Origin: a virus
Lineage: Duplodnaviria; Caudoviricetes
Virus record (IMG/VR): IMGVR_UViG_3300035498_000371
Location: 160,001-224,000 of that record
DNA length: 64,000 bases
Reading direction: 5' to 3' (one strand)
Below are positions 18,127-27,403 of the stretch, in pieces; the stretch's first letter is position 1; each line of letters begins with the position of its first letter. Made by a program: the position numbers and the translations under genes. The notes beneath the pieces were generated by a model. The model made no database searches. It was not told the origin of the DNA and saw nothing but the letters and a program-made list of their open reading frames with translations.

Positions 18127-19272
18127 TTGATAGAACTGATAACAGACGCTAACCATTTGCATGAATCCTTCTTGAAATGCAAGCAGGGTACTGACTGGAA
18201 GGAGTCTGTACAACGGGCTAGCCTGAATGAATTGAAAAATATTTATCATAAACAGAAAAGCCTGCAAGAACATGCTTATAGTCAGATGCCTTTCTATGAG
18301 TTTAATATAATGGAACGTGGTAAAGAGCGTCATATAAGATCGCTTCATATTACTGACCGTATGGTTCAGAGATGTGTATGCGATTTTATACTATTACCAG
18401 AACTATCAAAATATCTTATTTATGATAACGGAGCATCTCTCCGTGATAAAGGAATTGGATTTACAAGAGATAGATTGCACCAGCATCTATGGAATTATTA
18501 CTGCAATTATGGCCCTGAAGGATATATTCTATTGATCGATTTTCGTAAGTTCTTCGATAATATCGATCATGAGCTTCTATTAGAAGCAATAAAGAAAAAG
18601 ATCAAAGATCCAGAAGTGATTGAACTAATCACTTATCTGGTAAGTACTTTTGCTATAGATGTATCTTACTTGTCTGAAGAGCAGTATGAAGAGTTCAAGA
18701 GTGAAATATTTGACTCGATGTCTTATGAGCCATATCATGAAAGAACTGGAGAGAAGTTGTTGTATAAATCCCTTGGAATGGGTAGTCAGATATCTCAAAT
18801 TTCTGGTATTTATTATCCAACTCCTATAGATAATTACTGTAAAATTGTTCAGGGTTGCAAGTATTATGGAAGATATATGGATGATACTTATATCATTCAT
18901 CATGATAAAGAATATTTAGTTTGGTTATTGGAACAGATTAAGTCTATCTGTTGGGATTTAAGGATTTATATAAATCTTAATAAAACACAAATCCAAAAAT
19001 TGGATCATTTCACCTATCTTAAAGTGAAGTATACTATGACCGATACCGGTAAAGTTATTAAGAGAGTAGCGAGCGACTCTGTTACAAGAGAGCGTCAGAA
19101 ACTTAAGACTTTTAGAAATCTTTTATTAGATGGATATATGACGATTGATGAAATCATTAATCAATATAAGTCTTGGAGAGGTGGAATATTACATCTTGAT
19201 TCATATAGAACCATTCAGAATATGGACGCCATATTTCTGGAATTATTCGGTATAAACATCGAACATGTTTAG
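18127..19272 (+). CDS. DGR reverse transcriptase
   Basis: ERGKER, DRMVQR, IDFRKFFDNIDH, LGMGSQISQ (DGR GxxxSQ) and YGRYMDD; no maturase or endonuclease domain; TTG start. Confidence 0.95.
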   Translation: MIELITDANHLHESFLKCKQGTDWKESVQRASLNELKNIYHKQKSLQEHAYSQMPFYEFNIMERGKERHIRSLHITDRMVQRCVCDFILLPELSKYLIYDNGASLRDKGIGFTRDRLHQHLWNYYCNYGPEGYILLIDFRKFFDNIDHELLLEAIKKKIKDPEVIELITYLVSTFAIDVSYLSEEQYEEFKSEIFDSMSYEPYHERTGEKLLYKSLGMGSQISQISGIYYPTPIDNYCKIVQGCKYYGRYMDDTYIIHHDKEYLVWLLEQIKSICWDLRIYINLNKTQIQKLDHFTYLKVKYTMTDTGKVIKRVASDSVTRERQKLKTFRNLLLDGYMTIDEIINQYKSWRGGILHLDSYRTIQNMDAIFLELFGINIEHV

Positions 19273-19299
19273 TAAATACTTTAAAGGAGGTAATTAACA

Positions 19300-19611
19300 A
19301 TGGATAAGAAAATTACTTATACTATTGCATTTGCTGATGGAGCATCATTCGGTCCCGCCGAGCTTAACGGCAACAACTATGTTGTTTCTGGCGATGTAAG
19401 CGATGCTGTAAACGCAGCAAGTAAAAAATCTGTAACTGTAGACGGCAGTGATGGATCACATGTAGAGTTCAAGAATGCTACTGTAAACGCAAACGTAGTT
19501 GGCGGCGATACATATCTCTTTATCGAAGAGGAATCTGAGTCTAAGAGATATGAAGACTCCGTAGAGGCTCGTTTAACGTATCTTGAAATGATGATTGGAG
19601 GTACAGAATAA
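19300..19611 (+). CDS. Small tail-associated protein (XkdW-like position)
   Basis: AGGAGG SD; ELNGNNY motif; coupled to the XkdX gene. Confidence 0.55.
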   Translation: MDKKITYTIAFADGASFGPAELNGNNYVVSGDVSDAVNAASKKSVTVDGSDGSHVEFKNATVNANVVGGDTYLFIEEESESKRYEDSVEARLTYLEMMIGGTE

Positions 19612-19748
19612 TGAGTAAATTCGAGAAAGTACAGTATTTCTATGATAGAGAACTGTGGACAATCAGTCAGGTTAAAGATGCTGTTGCTAAGGGATGGATT
19701 ACAGCAGCTCAGTACAAAACAATCACTGGAGAGAAATACGAGGCATAG
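19611..19748 (+). CDS. xkdX: XkdX family protein (45 aa, not in the ORF track)
   Basis: MSKFEKVQYFYDRELWTISQVKDAVAKGWITAAQYKTITGEKYEA; TAATG overlap with the previous gene. Confidence 0.85.
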   Translation: MSKFEKVQYFYDRELWTISQVKDAVAKGWITAAQYKTITGEKYEA

Positions 19749-19786
19749 TTCTCATATTGCAGTGAAATAATTAAAATGCGATGAAT

Positions 19787-19822
19787 GCGGGAGTGCTTAA
19801 TTGCACTCCCGTGTTTATTTTG
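19787..19822 (+). terminator. Rho-independent terminator
   Basis: GCGGGAGTGC-TTAATT-GCACTCCCGT plus T tract. Confidence 0.8.
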
Positions 19823-19878
19823 TAAAATAAATAGATTAAGACTTTTTAATAAATAATATAGTTAGGAGGTCTTATTTT

Positions 19879-20766
19879 ATGATTACTTGTACTGAAAGCG
19901 GTAAAGGTTTTACTAAAGGTGATATGTATCTTAAAAGTACTATCGAACGTATTCTTACAGAAGGATGTCTTGATGAGAATCCAAGACCTAAATACAAAGA
20001 TGGAGTTCCGGCTCATACATTATCGGTTAACCATGAGATGCAGACTTATGATCTTGCTAATGGAGAATCTGGGTTTACTACACTAAGACCGGTATCTTTA
20101 AAGAGTGCTATTGGGGAGATCTTATGGATCTATCAGGATCAGTCTAATGATCTTGATTTACTTAAAGATAAGTATGGAATTACATGGTGGGATGAATGGG
20201 ATATTGGAAATCGCACCATTGGTTCATGCTATGGTGAAACTATAAGAAGACATGACCTCATGAATAATCTTCTTGAAGGAATCAAGAATGATCCAGATGG
20301 GCGTAGACACATTATCACAATGTGGCAGGTTGATGATTTCAAAGATAAGCATGGATTAAAACCTTGCTGCTATCAGACAGTATGGAATGTACGTCATGGT
20401 AAAGATGGAGTTACATACTTAGATATGTGCATGTTCCAGAGATCATCTGATTTTCTTGTATCTGGAACTATCAATTGTTTACAGTATACAGCATTATTGT
20501 ATATGGTTGCTGGACATTTTGGTTATACTCCAGGAAGGTTTACTTGGTATAACGCCAATGTACAGATTTACGATCGTCACCAGGAACAGGCTAATATCTT
20601 ATTAGAAAGAGAGCCGATTATATTTGATACTGGTAAACATCCTCATTTTGAGGTTGAACCTAAGAATTTCTACGACTATACTGTAGATGATATCAAAATC
20701 ATTGGTTATCCAATGAAAGAAGTTAAAGAAAAGAATCCTCAGCTTAAATTTGATCTTGGTATTTAA
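19879..20766 (+). CDS. thyA: Thymidylate synthase
   Basis: EILW, PDGRRHI, LKPCC, QRSSDF, QIYDRH motifs. Confidence 0.95.
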   Translation: MITCTESGKGFTKGDMYLKSTIERILTEGCLDENPRPKYKDGVPAHTLSVNHEMQTYDLANGESGFTTLRPVSLKSAIGEILWIYQDQSNDLDLLKDKYGITWWDEWDIGNRTIGSCYGETIRRHDLMNNLLEGIKNDPDGRRHIITMWQVDDFKDKHGLKPCCYQTVWNVRHGKDGVTYLDMCMFQRSSDFLVSGTINCLQYTALLYMVAGHFGYTPGRFTWYNANVQIYDRHQEQANILLEREPIIFDTGKHPHFEVEPKNFYDYTVDDIKIIGYPMKEVKEKNPQLKFDLGI

Positions 20767-20825
20767 TCATCAAAAGAGGGTTACAATTCAGTAACCCTCT
20801 TCTTTAATTTGAAAGGAGAGTATTT

Positions 20826-21791
20826 ATGGGCTTATTTAATATTCTTAAAGATAAACTTAGAGTTACAAATGAAAATAACGTCATAGAAGACGATACAAAG
20901 CTATATACACAAGTAATTTATAATACGTTCAATAATTTTGTTGTATTAATATCTTATTCTAGCGATTATGCTACTCAGGTAGTAGAATTTCTTGATGCTT
21001 GTAATACAGCAGGATTGAAATTTATTACAATGCAATCTTCTTATGAATCAGACAGAGATGAAGAAGATAATGAAGAAGAACAGAAAGAAGAAGAGTTTGC
21101 TATCCGTCCAGAGAAAATACAACATCAGAGGCAATATATAGTTCTTTCTGGAAATATTCATACTTACTCTGGAATCTATAGTTGCATTGATGCTCTTTCT
21201 AATGATATTCTTCTTGCAGTTCAGGATGATATTTATAATAACTGCAGTTCTACATATTTCAATGAGCATATCAAGAATGGAGTATTGAACTTCAATGAGT
21301 TTAAGTATAGAAAGATTGCTCCTCAATATGATAAAGAAATCTCTTTAGAGACAACGTATTATAAAGAGACTTTATTGTTTAATAATCCTAGAGCAATTAT
21401 GTCTAAATTACCATCTGGATTTATGGAGAAGGACATTCTTCAGATTATCAGAATTCATAAACTAAACGATGATTATGGATTCTCAATGCTTAAACTGCTA
21501 AAAGATCAATACGATTCCAATAAATGCGACGATCATTTCATAAAAGATTTCTCAGATGTATACTCTATGGTAATTGGAGATATAACAGAGGAAAAGATTC
21601 ATAGGCTTTTATTTATGCCTAAATACACACTTCAGGATGATGATATATTTATCGGTGATGTAGATGATGAAAGATTAGATGATATCTTCAGGCAGCATTA
21701 TGATAAATTTACTGGAGTGACTGACGATTCATTAAACTATATGGATATAGATGAGATCTTAAAGGAGGGAGAGGAAAATGGCAACGGATAA
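20826..21791 (+). CDS. Hypothetical protein
   Basis: 321-aa ORF with SD; no motif recognised. Confidence 0.5.
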   Translation: MGLFNILKDKLRVTNENNVIEDDTKLYTQVIYNTFNNFVVLISYSSDYATQVVEFLDACNTAGLKFITMQSSYESDRDEEDNEEEQKEEEFAIRPEKIQHQRQYIVLSGNIHTYSGIYSCIDALSNDILLAVQDDIYNNCSSTYFNEHIKNGVLNFNEFKYRKIAPQYDKEISLETTYYKETLLFNNPRAIMSKLPSGFMEKDILQIIRIHKLNDDYGFSMLKLLKDQYDSNKCDDHFIKDFSDVYSMVIGDITEEKIHRLLFMPKYTLQDDDIFIGDVDDERLDDIFRQHYDKFTGVTDDSLNYMDIDEILKEGEENGNG

Positions 21792-22392
21792 TATAGATAT
21801 AGATGATGTATGTAGTAAATTCGACTCGTATTTCGTTGCAGAAAAACAGAATCAGATTGATAAAAGATATAGGGCATCTTCTGATATAATATTCTCTGAT
21901 GGTAAATTTGATCATCATATTAATTCTGAAGGATATATTGTGATAGAGAATGTAAGAGATGCTAATTATCTTATATTTACCGATCAAACCGGAGATGTAA
22001 GATTAATTATATACCAGAATACGCCGTCATTTAAGTTTAAAGATATTATTGACAGATGTAATCAAATTAGAGAAACCACTGGGGAAATTAAATCTGAAGA
22101 TAAGAATGATAATTCTGATATAAAGATATCTGAAAGGCTCATAGATATCAACACGTTTGTATGCCCAACGTGCAATGGTAAAATGACTTTAATTAAGCCT
22201 AAAAGTACCAGTGAAACTATAGTTGCATATTGCAAGAAATGTAATATAGAATATGTATTAGTCCCGTCAAAGTATTACGTTATAAAAGCCCAAAAACAGT
22301 TCTATAATTCCACCAATGAAAGACATACTATGGTGGAAAATATCATATCAAAGAAAGGAAGTAATAAAAATGAGCGAAGTAATAAGAATTAA
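21778..22392 (+). CDS. Zinc-ribbon-containing hypothetical protein
   Basis: CPTC...CKKC. Confidence 0.55.
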   Translation: MATDNIDIDDVCSKFDSYFVAEKQNQIDKRYRASSDIIFSDGKFDHHINSEGYIVIENVRDANYLIFTDQTGDVRLIIYQNTPSFKFKDIIDRCNQIRETTGEIKSEDKNDNSDIKISERLIDINTFVCPTCNGKMTLIKPKSTSETIVAYCKKCNIEYVLVPSKYYVIKAQKQFYNSTNERHTMVENIISKKGSNKNERSNKN

Positions 22393-22831
22393 GTATTTTG
22401 GAGATCAGGAACCAATCGAGAAAATTCCTAATGGAGATTGGATTGATCTTCGTGCGGCAGAAGACGTTGCAATTCCTGAGAAGGAGTTTAAATTAATCCC
22501 TCTTGGAGTGGCAATGCAGTTACCTGTTGGGTATGAGGCGCATATCGCACCTAGAAGTTCTACGTTTAAGAAATGGGGAATCATTCAGACTAACTCTGTA
22601 GGAGTAGTCGATGAATCATACTGTGGGGATAATGATCAGTGGTTTATGCCAGCTTTCTGTTTGCGTGGGGATTATGTAAACGATAACGGAGAACACTTCT
22701 CTTGCATCCATAAAGGCGATAGAATTTGCCAGTTCAGAATTGTTAAGAAACAGCCTGAAGTAGAATTCGAAACTGTTAACGTACTCGGTAATGAGGATCG
22801 TGGAGGTATTGGCTCTACAGGAACCAACTAG
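22370..22831 (+). CDS. dut: Trimeric dUTPase
   Basis: [34 protein letters not shown] motifs. Confidence 0.95.
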   Translation: MSEVIRIKYFGDQEPIEKIPNGDWIDLRAAEDVAIPEKEFKLIPLGVAMQLPVGYEAHIAPRSSTFKKWGIIQTNSVGVVDESYCGDNDQWFMPAFCLRGDYVNDNGEHFSCIHKGDRICQFRIVKKQPEVEFETVNVLGNEDRGGIGSTGTN

Positions 22832-22843
22832 GAGGGTACAGAT

Positions 22844-22951
22844 ATGTCATTTTTGAAATTCTATTTCATATTTATGATCATACAATGCATATTAAACTCA
22901 ATAGCAAATTTAATAGATGAGGAGGAGAAGCACAATGATAATAAAGCCTAA
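22844..22951 (+). CDS. Small hydrophobic peptide (35 aa)
   Basis: AGGAGG SD; MSFLKFYFIFMIIQCILNSIANLIDEEEKHNDNKA; overlaps the next start. Confidence 0.4.
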   Translation: MSFLKFYFIFMIIQCILNSIANLIDEEEKHNDNKA

Positions 22952-23891
22952 GAAGAATGGAGTATTCTATTCATTTAAAAATGATGAGGCTGCTGATAAT
23001 GCTATTAATGTAATTATCTTAGCATCTCTTCATGGAGATGAAGTTGTAGCATCATTGATTGCTCATAATATTATAAACTTCTTCTCATTCTCTAATATGC
23101 CTAGAACTATCAGGAATATTATAGTTTATCCGTTCGTTAATGTTGCTGGTATAAGAAATCATACTAGGGAATCATATGCCCCAACAGCAAATCTTAACGA
23201 TGCTTGGCAGACTGTAGATTATAGAAATGCGATTAAAACTTTAATCGATGGGATGTGTGGAGAAGGAGGAACAACTCCAACTATTGTGATTGATATCCAC
23301 AATTCTCCTAATATATTTCCATGCATTGTAATGGAATCTACAGATCCCAATAATGATAAGATTGAAAATCTTATGAAGAAATACAATGAGCAATGCGCTA
23401 TACCTAACGGAATAGCAATGTGTAAACGGCATACTGATATAGAAACAGTTAAATCATACGTTAACAACTCATACCCAGATAATGCATTTGGTATAACATT
23501 CGAATGCTCTGGTATGAAATTGGTAAACGATAATTATATTTTATTCTGTAGCGACAAGATTACAAGTTTTATAAGATTCGTATCAGAGAATTTCAATAAG
23601 TATATTGATGGACCTGATAAGGATTTTGTTTCTATGGATTTAGCAATTAATCTTGTTGCACCATCAAGCGGCGTTATTGAATATTCTCCTTTCAAAGATC
23701 CTCAGGCTGTTGTTGCTGGTAATGAATATCATAATGGAGAAACTATAGCAACTATAATAGACTTAAGAAATTACGTTCCTGTAGGTGTAGTTACAGCACC
23801 ATCTGATGGAAGACTGATATGCATGAACGATAATGTTTATGTATCTGGAGGAGAATGCTTCGGCATGTTTCAACCAACGATTATAGATTAG
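22935..23891 (+). CDS. M14 family (AstE/AspA-like) zinc carboxypeptidase/deacylase
   Basis: SLHGDE, PFVNVAG, IDIHN, TFEC; C-terminal barrel-sandwich APSSG...APSDG. Confidence 0.75.
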   Translation: MIIKPKKNGVFYSFKNDEAADNAINVIILASLHGDEVVASLIAHNIINFFSFSNMPRTIRNIIVYPFVNVAGIRNHTRESYAPTANLNDAWQTVDYRNAIKTLIDGMCGEGGTTPTIVIDIHNSPNIFPCIVMESTDPNNDKIENLMKKYNEQCAIPNGIAMCKRHTDIETVKSYVNNSYPDNAFGITFECSGMKLVNDNYILFCSDKITSFIRFVSENFNKYIDGPDKDFVSMDLAINLVAPSSGVIEYSPFKDPQAVVAGNEYHNGETIATIIDLRNYVPVGVVTAPSDGRLICMNDNVYVSGGECFGMFQPTIID

Positions 23892-23940
23892 GTATTTGAT
23901 CACTTCCGGCAACATTTAGGTAATCAAGGAGGTGATCTAG

Positions 23941-24735
23941 ATGATAAATACCGAATTTATAAATAAGGTAGAAAATGTATATACAGATGGCGGGAAATCT
24001 ACTATTAAGGTTAAGAATGCTCCATATTATGATGGAGAGCAATACGATCTTGATGATCCAAAAGATTTCAAGCATTTTATTGATGACCTTAAAAGAATTG
24101 TTCGTAATTCATTTGAGTATCGTTGGTTAGTTGGTTATTTAAAAGAGACTGATGGGATGGATGAATGTAGTGTTCTAGAAAATGTTACTTCTAGAGATAA
24201 TTCTGGGGTTAAAATAGAATTACATCATTCTCCATTCACATTAGAAGACATATGCTTAGCTGTAGTAAAGAAACGTATAGCCAATAATGAAGATATGAAT
24301 ATTAACGCTTGCGCTTACGAAGTTATGTATAATCATTATCTGAAATGGATTGGTTTGATTCCTTTATCTTCAACAGTACATGAGCTAGTTCATAATGCAT
24401 ACTTTTTCGTTCCAGTAGATAGAGTGTTTGGAGATTATAAGCCATTTAAAGAATCATACTATAATTATATCGATCCAGCAGTATTGGATGCTATAGATAA
24501 TGCTGAACAGGCTACAGAAGATTATGATGATTCTCAAATGCAAATCTTCAATAATCATAGAATTTACGTTGATACAGAGGATTATGATAATCAACGATTC
24601 AGCGATCTTCGTCCAGCGATTACAAATAGAATCGATGAGATAAAAAGTGGCACTCAAGCTCATATTCCAGAGGATAAACAACAGTCTAAAGTGATGTGTT
24701 ATATTGTAGATAATAGAAAACCAAGAACATTTTGA
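23941..24735 (+). CDS. HNH-like jumbo-phage protein (paralog of 35076-35738)
   Basis: IELHH...LSSTVHELVH; promoter at 23911-23923. Confidence 0.5.
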   Translation: MINTEFINKVENVYTDGGKSTIKVKNAPYYDGEQYDLDDPKDFKHFIDDLKRIVRNSFEYRWLVGYLKETDGMDECSVLENVTSRDNSGVKIELHHSPFTLEDICLAVVKKRIANNEDMNINACAYEVMYNHYLKWIGLIPLSSTVHELVHNAYFFVPVDRVFGDYKPFKESYYNYIDPAVLDAIDNAEQATEDYDDSQMQIFNNHRIYVDTEDYDNQRFSDLRPAITNRIDEIKSGTQAHIPEDKQQSKVMCYIVDNRKPRTF

Positions 24736-24763
24736 TAAGAAATTAAGAAGGAGGTACTTAATT

Positions 24764-25357
24764 ATGCTTTTTAAAGATCCTATAACTTTATTAGCAGAAT
24801 GTGCTGCTGCCGATATTGGTAGAAGTACTGAAACTGCTGTAACAGAATCTCAGATCATTTCTACATATGCATCTATAGAGGAAGCCAGCGAGGAAGTTAT
24901 CTATGCTCCTGAGATGGTTCCTGTAGTCAAGGTAGGAAATGATTTCTTAACAGAAATGCAATATCTTGCTCCATATATTCAGAACAACGGAATCTCTTCT
25001 GTTGCTGAAGCTTTGGATAATATTGCAGAAGCAAATAATCTTCCACCTAAGTCTGTTGGTTTATTGGTAGAGTCTCAGGAATGTGTAACCAAGATGATCG
25101 ATGAAGCTTTAGATAAATCTAAGGTTGCAGGAAGTAAAGTGCTTGGTAAGATTAAGAAGGGCGAAGGTCTTATCGATAAGCTTACTAAAGGCGGCTATAA
25201 GGTTAAGAAAAAGAAGTCTGTAAAAGAAGGTAAGGGATGCGATAATTGCCCTAAATCCAGCAAAAATGAAGAGGGTGTCGATACAGGAAGCCAGGCACCT
25301 GGAGAAAACGTTGATGATACATCGGATACAGATAGCGATGCAGCACCAACAACGTAA
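24764..25357 (+). CDS. Probable virion head protein
   Basis: MLF start, LLAE/LVES Glu sites, promoter at 24726-24738. Confidence 0.45.
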   Translation: MLFKDPITLLAECAAADIGRSTETAVTESQIISTYASIEEASEEVIYAPEMVPVVKVGNDFLTEMQYLAPYIQNNGISSVAEALDNIAEANNLPPKSVGLLVESQECVTKMIDEALDKSKVAGSKVLGKIKKGEGLIDKLTKGGYKVKKKKSVKEGKGCDNCPKSSKNEEGVDTGSQAPGENVDDTSDTDSDAAPTT

Positions 25358-25597
25358 AGTTAACATGTGGTTTATAAAATAAATTAACGGGTGTGGTTAA
25401 TTCCACACCTGTTTAATTTTGTTAATAATAATATATTATAGATATAGCACAAATAAGATGAGATTATAAATCATCTAAAACTTATTAATAATCATTTTAA
25501 GGAGGAATCAATATGAAGAAGTGATTTAATTTTGAAGCAACTAATAAAAATATTTCGTTATAGGTTCTACAAAATCTATGAAAGGAGAAGAGTTAAA

Positions 25598-26263
25598 ATG
25601 AGTGATACATTAGAAATTTGCACAGATGCGTCCATTAGGACGTTTGAAAACGGTAGGGTTTTTGGATGCGCTGGAGCATTATGTATTAATACTGGAGAAT
25701 CAGAATATGTTATAAGTCAGGATACGACTAATAACAGATCTGAATTGCTTGGAATATATCTGGGAATTAGATTAGCTGAGAAGATTTATCTTAACAACCC
25801 AGATGCATATGATGAAATAAAACTGTATTCCGATAGTCAATTCGGCATATTCGGTTTAACAAGATGGATGGACGCTTGGTTAGAAAGAAGCGATCCGAAT
25901 GGCATCTTGTATGGCACCAATAACAAACCTGTGAAAAATCAGGAATTGTTTAAAGCAATAATCACATATCTTACCACTCATAATATGAGGGTAAAAATGT
26001 TGCATCAGTCAGGGCATGTATCTTTAGGAAATACTAAAAAATTAGCTGAGGCAAACGCGGTATTTTTAAACTCTAATGGTTACTTATTAAGACCGGAGGA
26101 GATATATAAAATATCGTATTATAACGACATCGTTGATAGGACTAGCAGAGACAAATTACAATACGTTAATCCGAATGATTATCCCGTAATGGATTATTCT
26201 GAAAATTATAACGTTATGTGCAGTTATGTAATCCCAGCAAATTATAAAGAATATGTTTGCTAG
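25598..26263 (+). CDS. rnhA: Ribonuclease H
   Basis: CTDAS, TNNRSEL, YSDSQF, PVKNQEL, QSGH, YNDIVD. Confidence 0.9.
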   Translation: MSDTLEICTDASIRTFENGRVFGCAGALCINTGESEYVISQDTTNNRSELLGIYLGIRLAEKIYLNNPDAYDEIKLYSDSQFGIFGLTRWMDAWLERSDPNGILYGTNNKPVKNQELFKAIITYLTTHNMRVKMLHQSGHVSLGNTKKLAEANAVFLNSNGYLLRPEEIYKISYYNDIVDRTSRDKLQYVNPNDYPVMDYSENYNVMCSYVIPANYKEYVC

Positions 26264-26278
26264 GAAGGAGTAGATCAT

Positions 26279-27403
26279 ATGAATTTATACGGCACAATTC
26301 AAAATGGAGGATTCGGTACCAATGCACCAATGCAATATGGTGCCGGATTTAACCCATATTATGGAGGAATGGCACCACCGCCTCGATATCAGACGATGGG
26401 GAACATGGTTCCTTTAGGTGGAGGAGTGAACGTATATAATACAGTTCAACCACAACAGCAGCAATATAATAATGGAATGGTATTTCAACCAATACCACAA
26501 CAATATTATCAGCAACCGCAATATCAATCTCCATTTGGTGGGGATTATAATAATCCATATGCAACGACATTCGCTGCATATAGACAGCAACAACAAATTG
26601 GGTATCCGCAACAATTTAGTGGTAATTTTGGGTATCCTGGAGGCGGAATGTATGGAGGATATAATCCAAACTTCTATGTGTCTCCAATGTATAGACAACA
26701 ACAAATACAGCAGCTTAAATCAATGGATAAATTGAAATATGAAATAGCTGCAGGATTTAAAGGCAAATCTATTGATATGGAGAAATTAGATCAAGCTCTT
26801 GAAGCTAGATATAATCCTTCTAGTCAATATGAAAAAATGTCTGAAGAAGAAAGGAGTAATTTAAACAATTGGAATACTTTAGTACAGATGTCTCAAATGG
26901 CTAATAATCCATATTTAGAGACAGGTGGTAGAAGTATAGCAAGAATGATGATAGAGCAATCAGCAAATTATCATAGAGAGCTAGATAATCATTCTTTATT
27001 TGAATTCTTGCAGAACGACTTATGGAAACTTCAGAGAGAATATTGGATAGCTCAGAATATTAGTAGAGGATATAACAGAAATCTATCAAGCACTTATGAT
27101 AGTAAAGAATATAATGAGTTATTAAAACTACACAACTCAGCTAATCCATATATTGATCAAATACTTAACGATTCTAGGTATGATAATAATCTATATGATG
27201 AAGAGTTAGGTATGAGTCTTGCATTCGATCCTGAAAAGAGAAAGATGCAGATAACAAGAAAACCATTGCCAACGTATATTTCATCAGAAGAAACTCAACG
27301 ACGGCGACACGAGTGGACAAATCTTATACTAAACGGCATTTACAATAAGACCCCACAACAAACCGATAGTGGTGGAGGAGGTGGCGGTAATGTCCAGAGT
27401 TAG
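26279..27403 (+). CDS. Protein with Q/Y/G/N/P-rich low-complexity N-terminus
   Basis: First ~145 aa nearly lack charged residues; helical C-terminal half. Confidence 0.6.
   Translation: MNLYGTIQNGGFGTNAPMQYGAGFNPYYGGMAPPPRYQTMGNMVPLGGGVNVYNTVQPQQQQYNNGMVFQPIPQQYYQQPQYQSPFGGDYNNPYATTFAAYRQQQQIGYPQQFSGNFGYPGGGMYGGYNPNFYVSPMYRQQQIQQLKSMDKLKYEIAAGFKGKSIDMEKLDQALEARYNPSSQYEKMSEEERSNLNNWNTLVQMSQMANNPYLETGGRSIARMMIEQSANYHRELDNHSLFEFLQNDLWKLQREYWIAQNISRGYNRNLSSTYDSKEYNELLKLHNSANPYIDQILNDSRYDNNLYDEELGMSLAFDPEKRKMQITRKPLPTYISSEETQRRRHEWTNLILNGIYNKTPQQTDSGGGGGGNVQS

Larger units (their letters stand above)
15040..19272 (+). mobile_element. Diversity-generating retroelement (target-VR, hairpin, avd, TR, RT)
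   Basis: TR/VR pair with adenine-only mismatches, Avd-like gene and DGR-type RT, all co-oriented. Confidence 0.97.

Noticed and set aside
18127-19272. RT as group II intron, retron or Abi RT
   Set aside because: The TR/VR pair, Avd, GxxxSQ motif and lack of maturase/endonuclease domains identify a DGR RT
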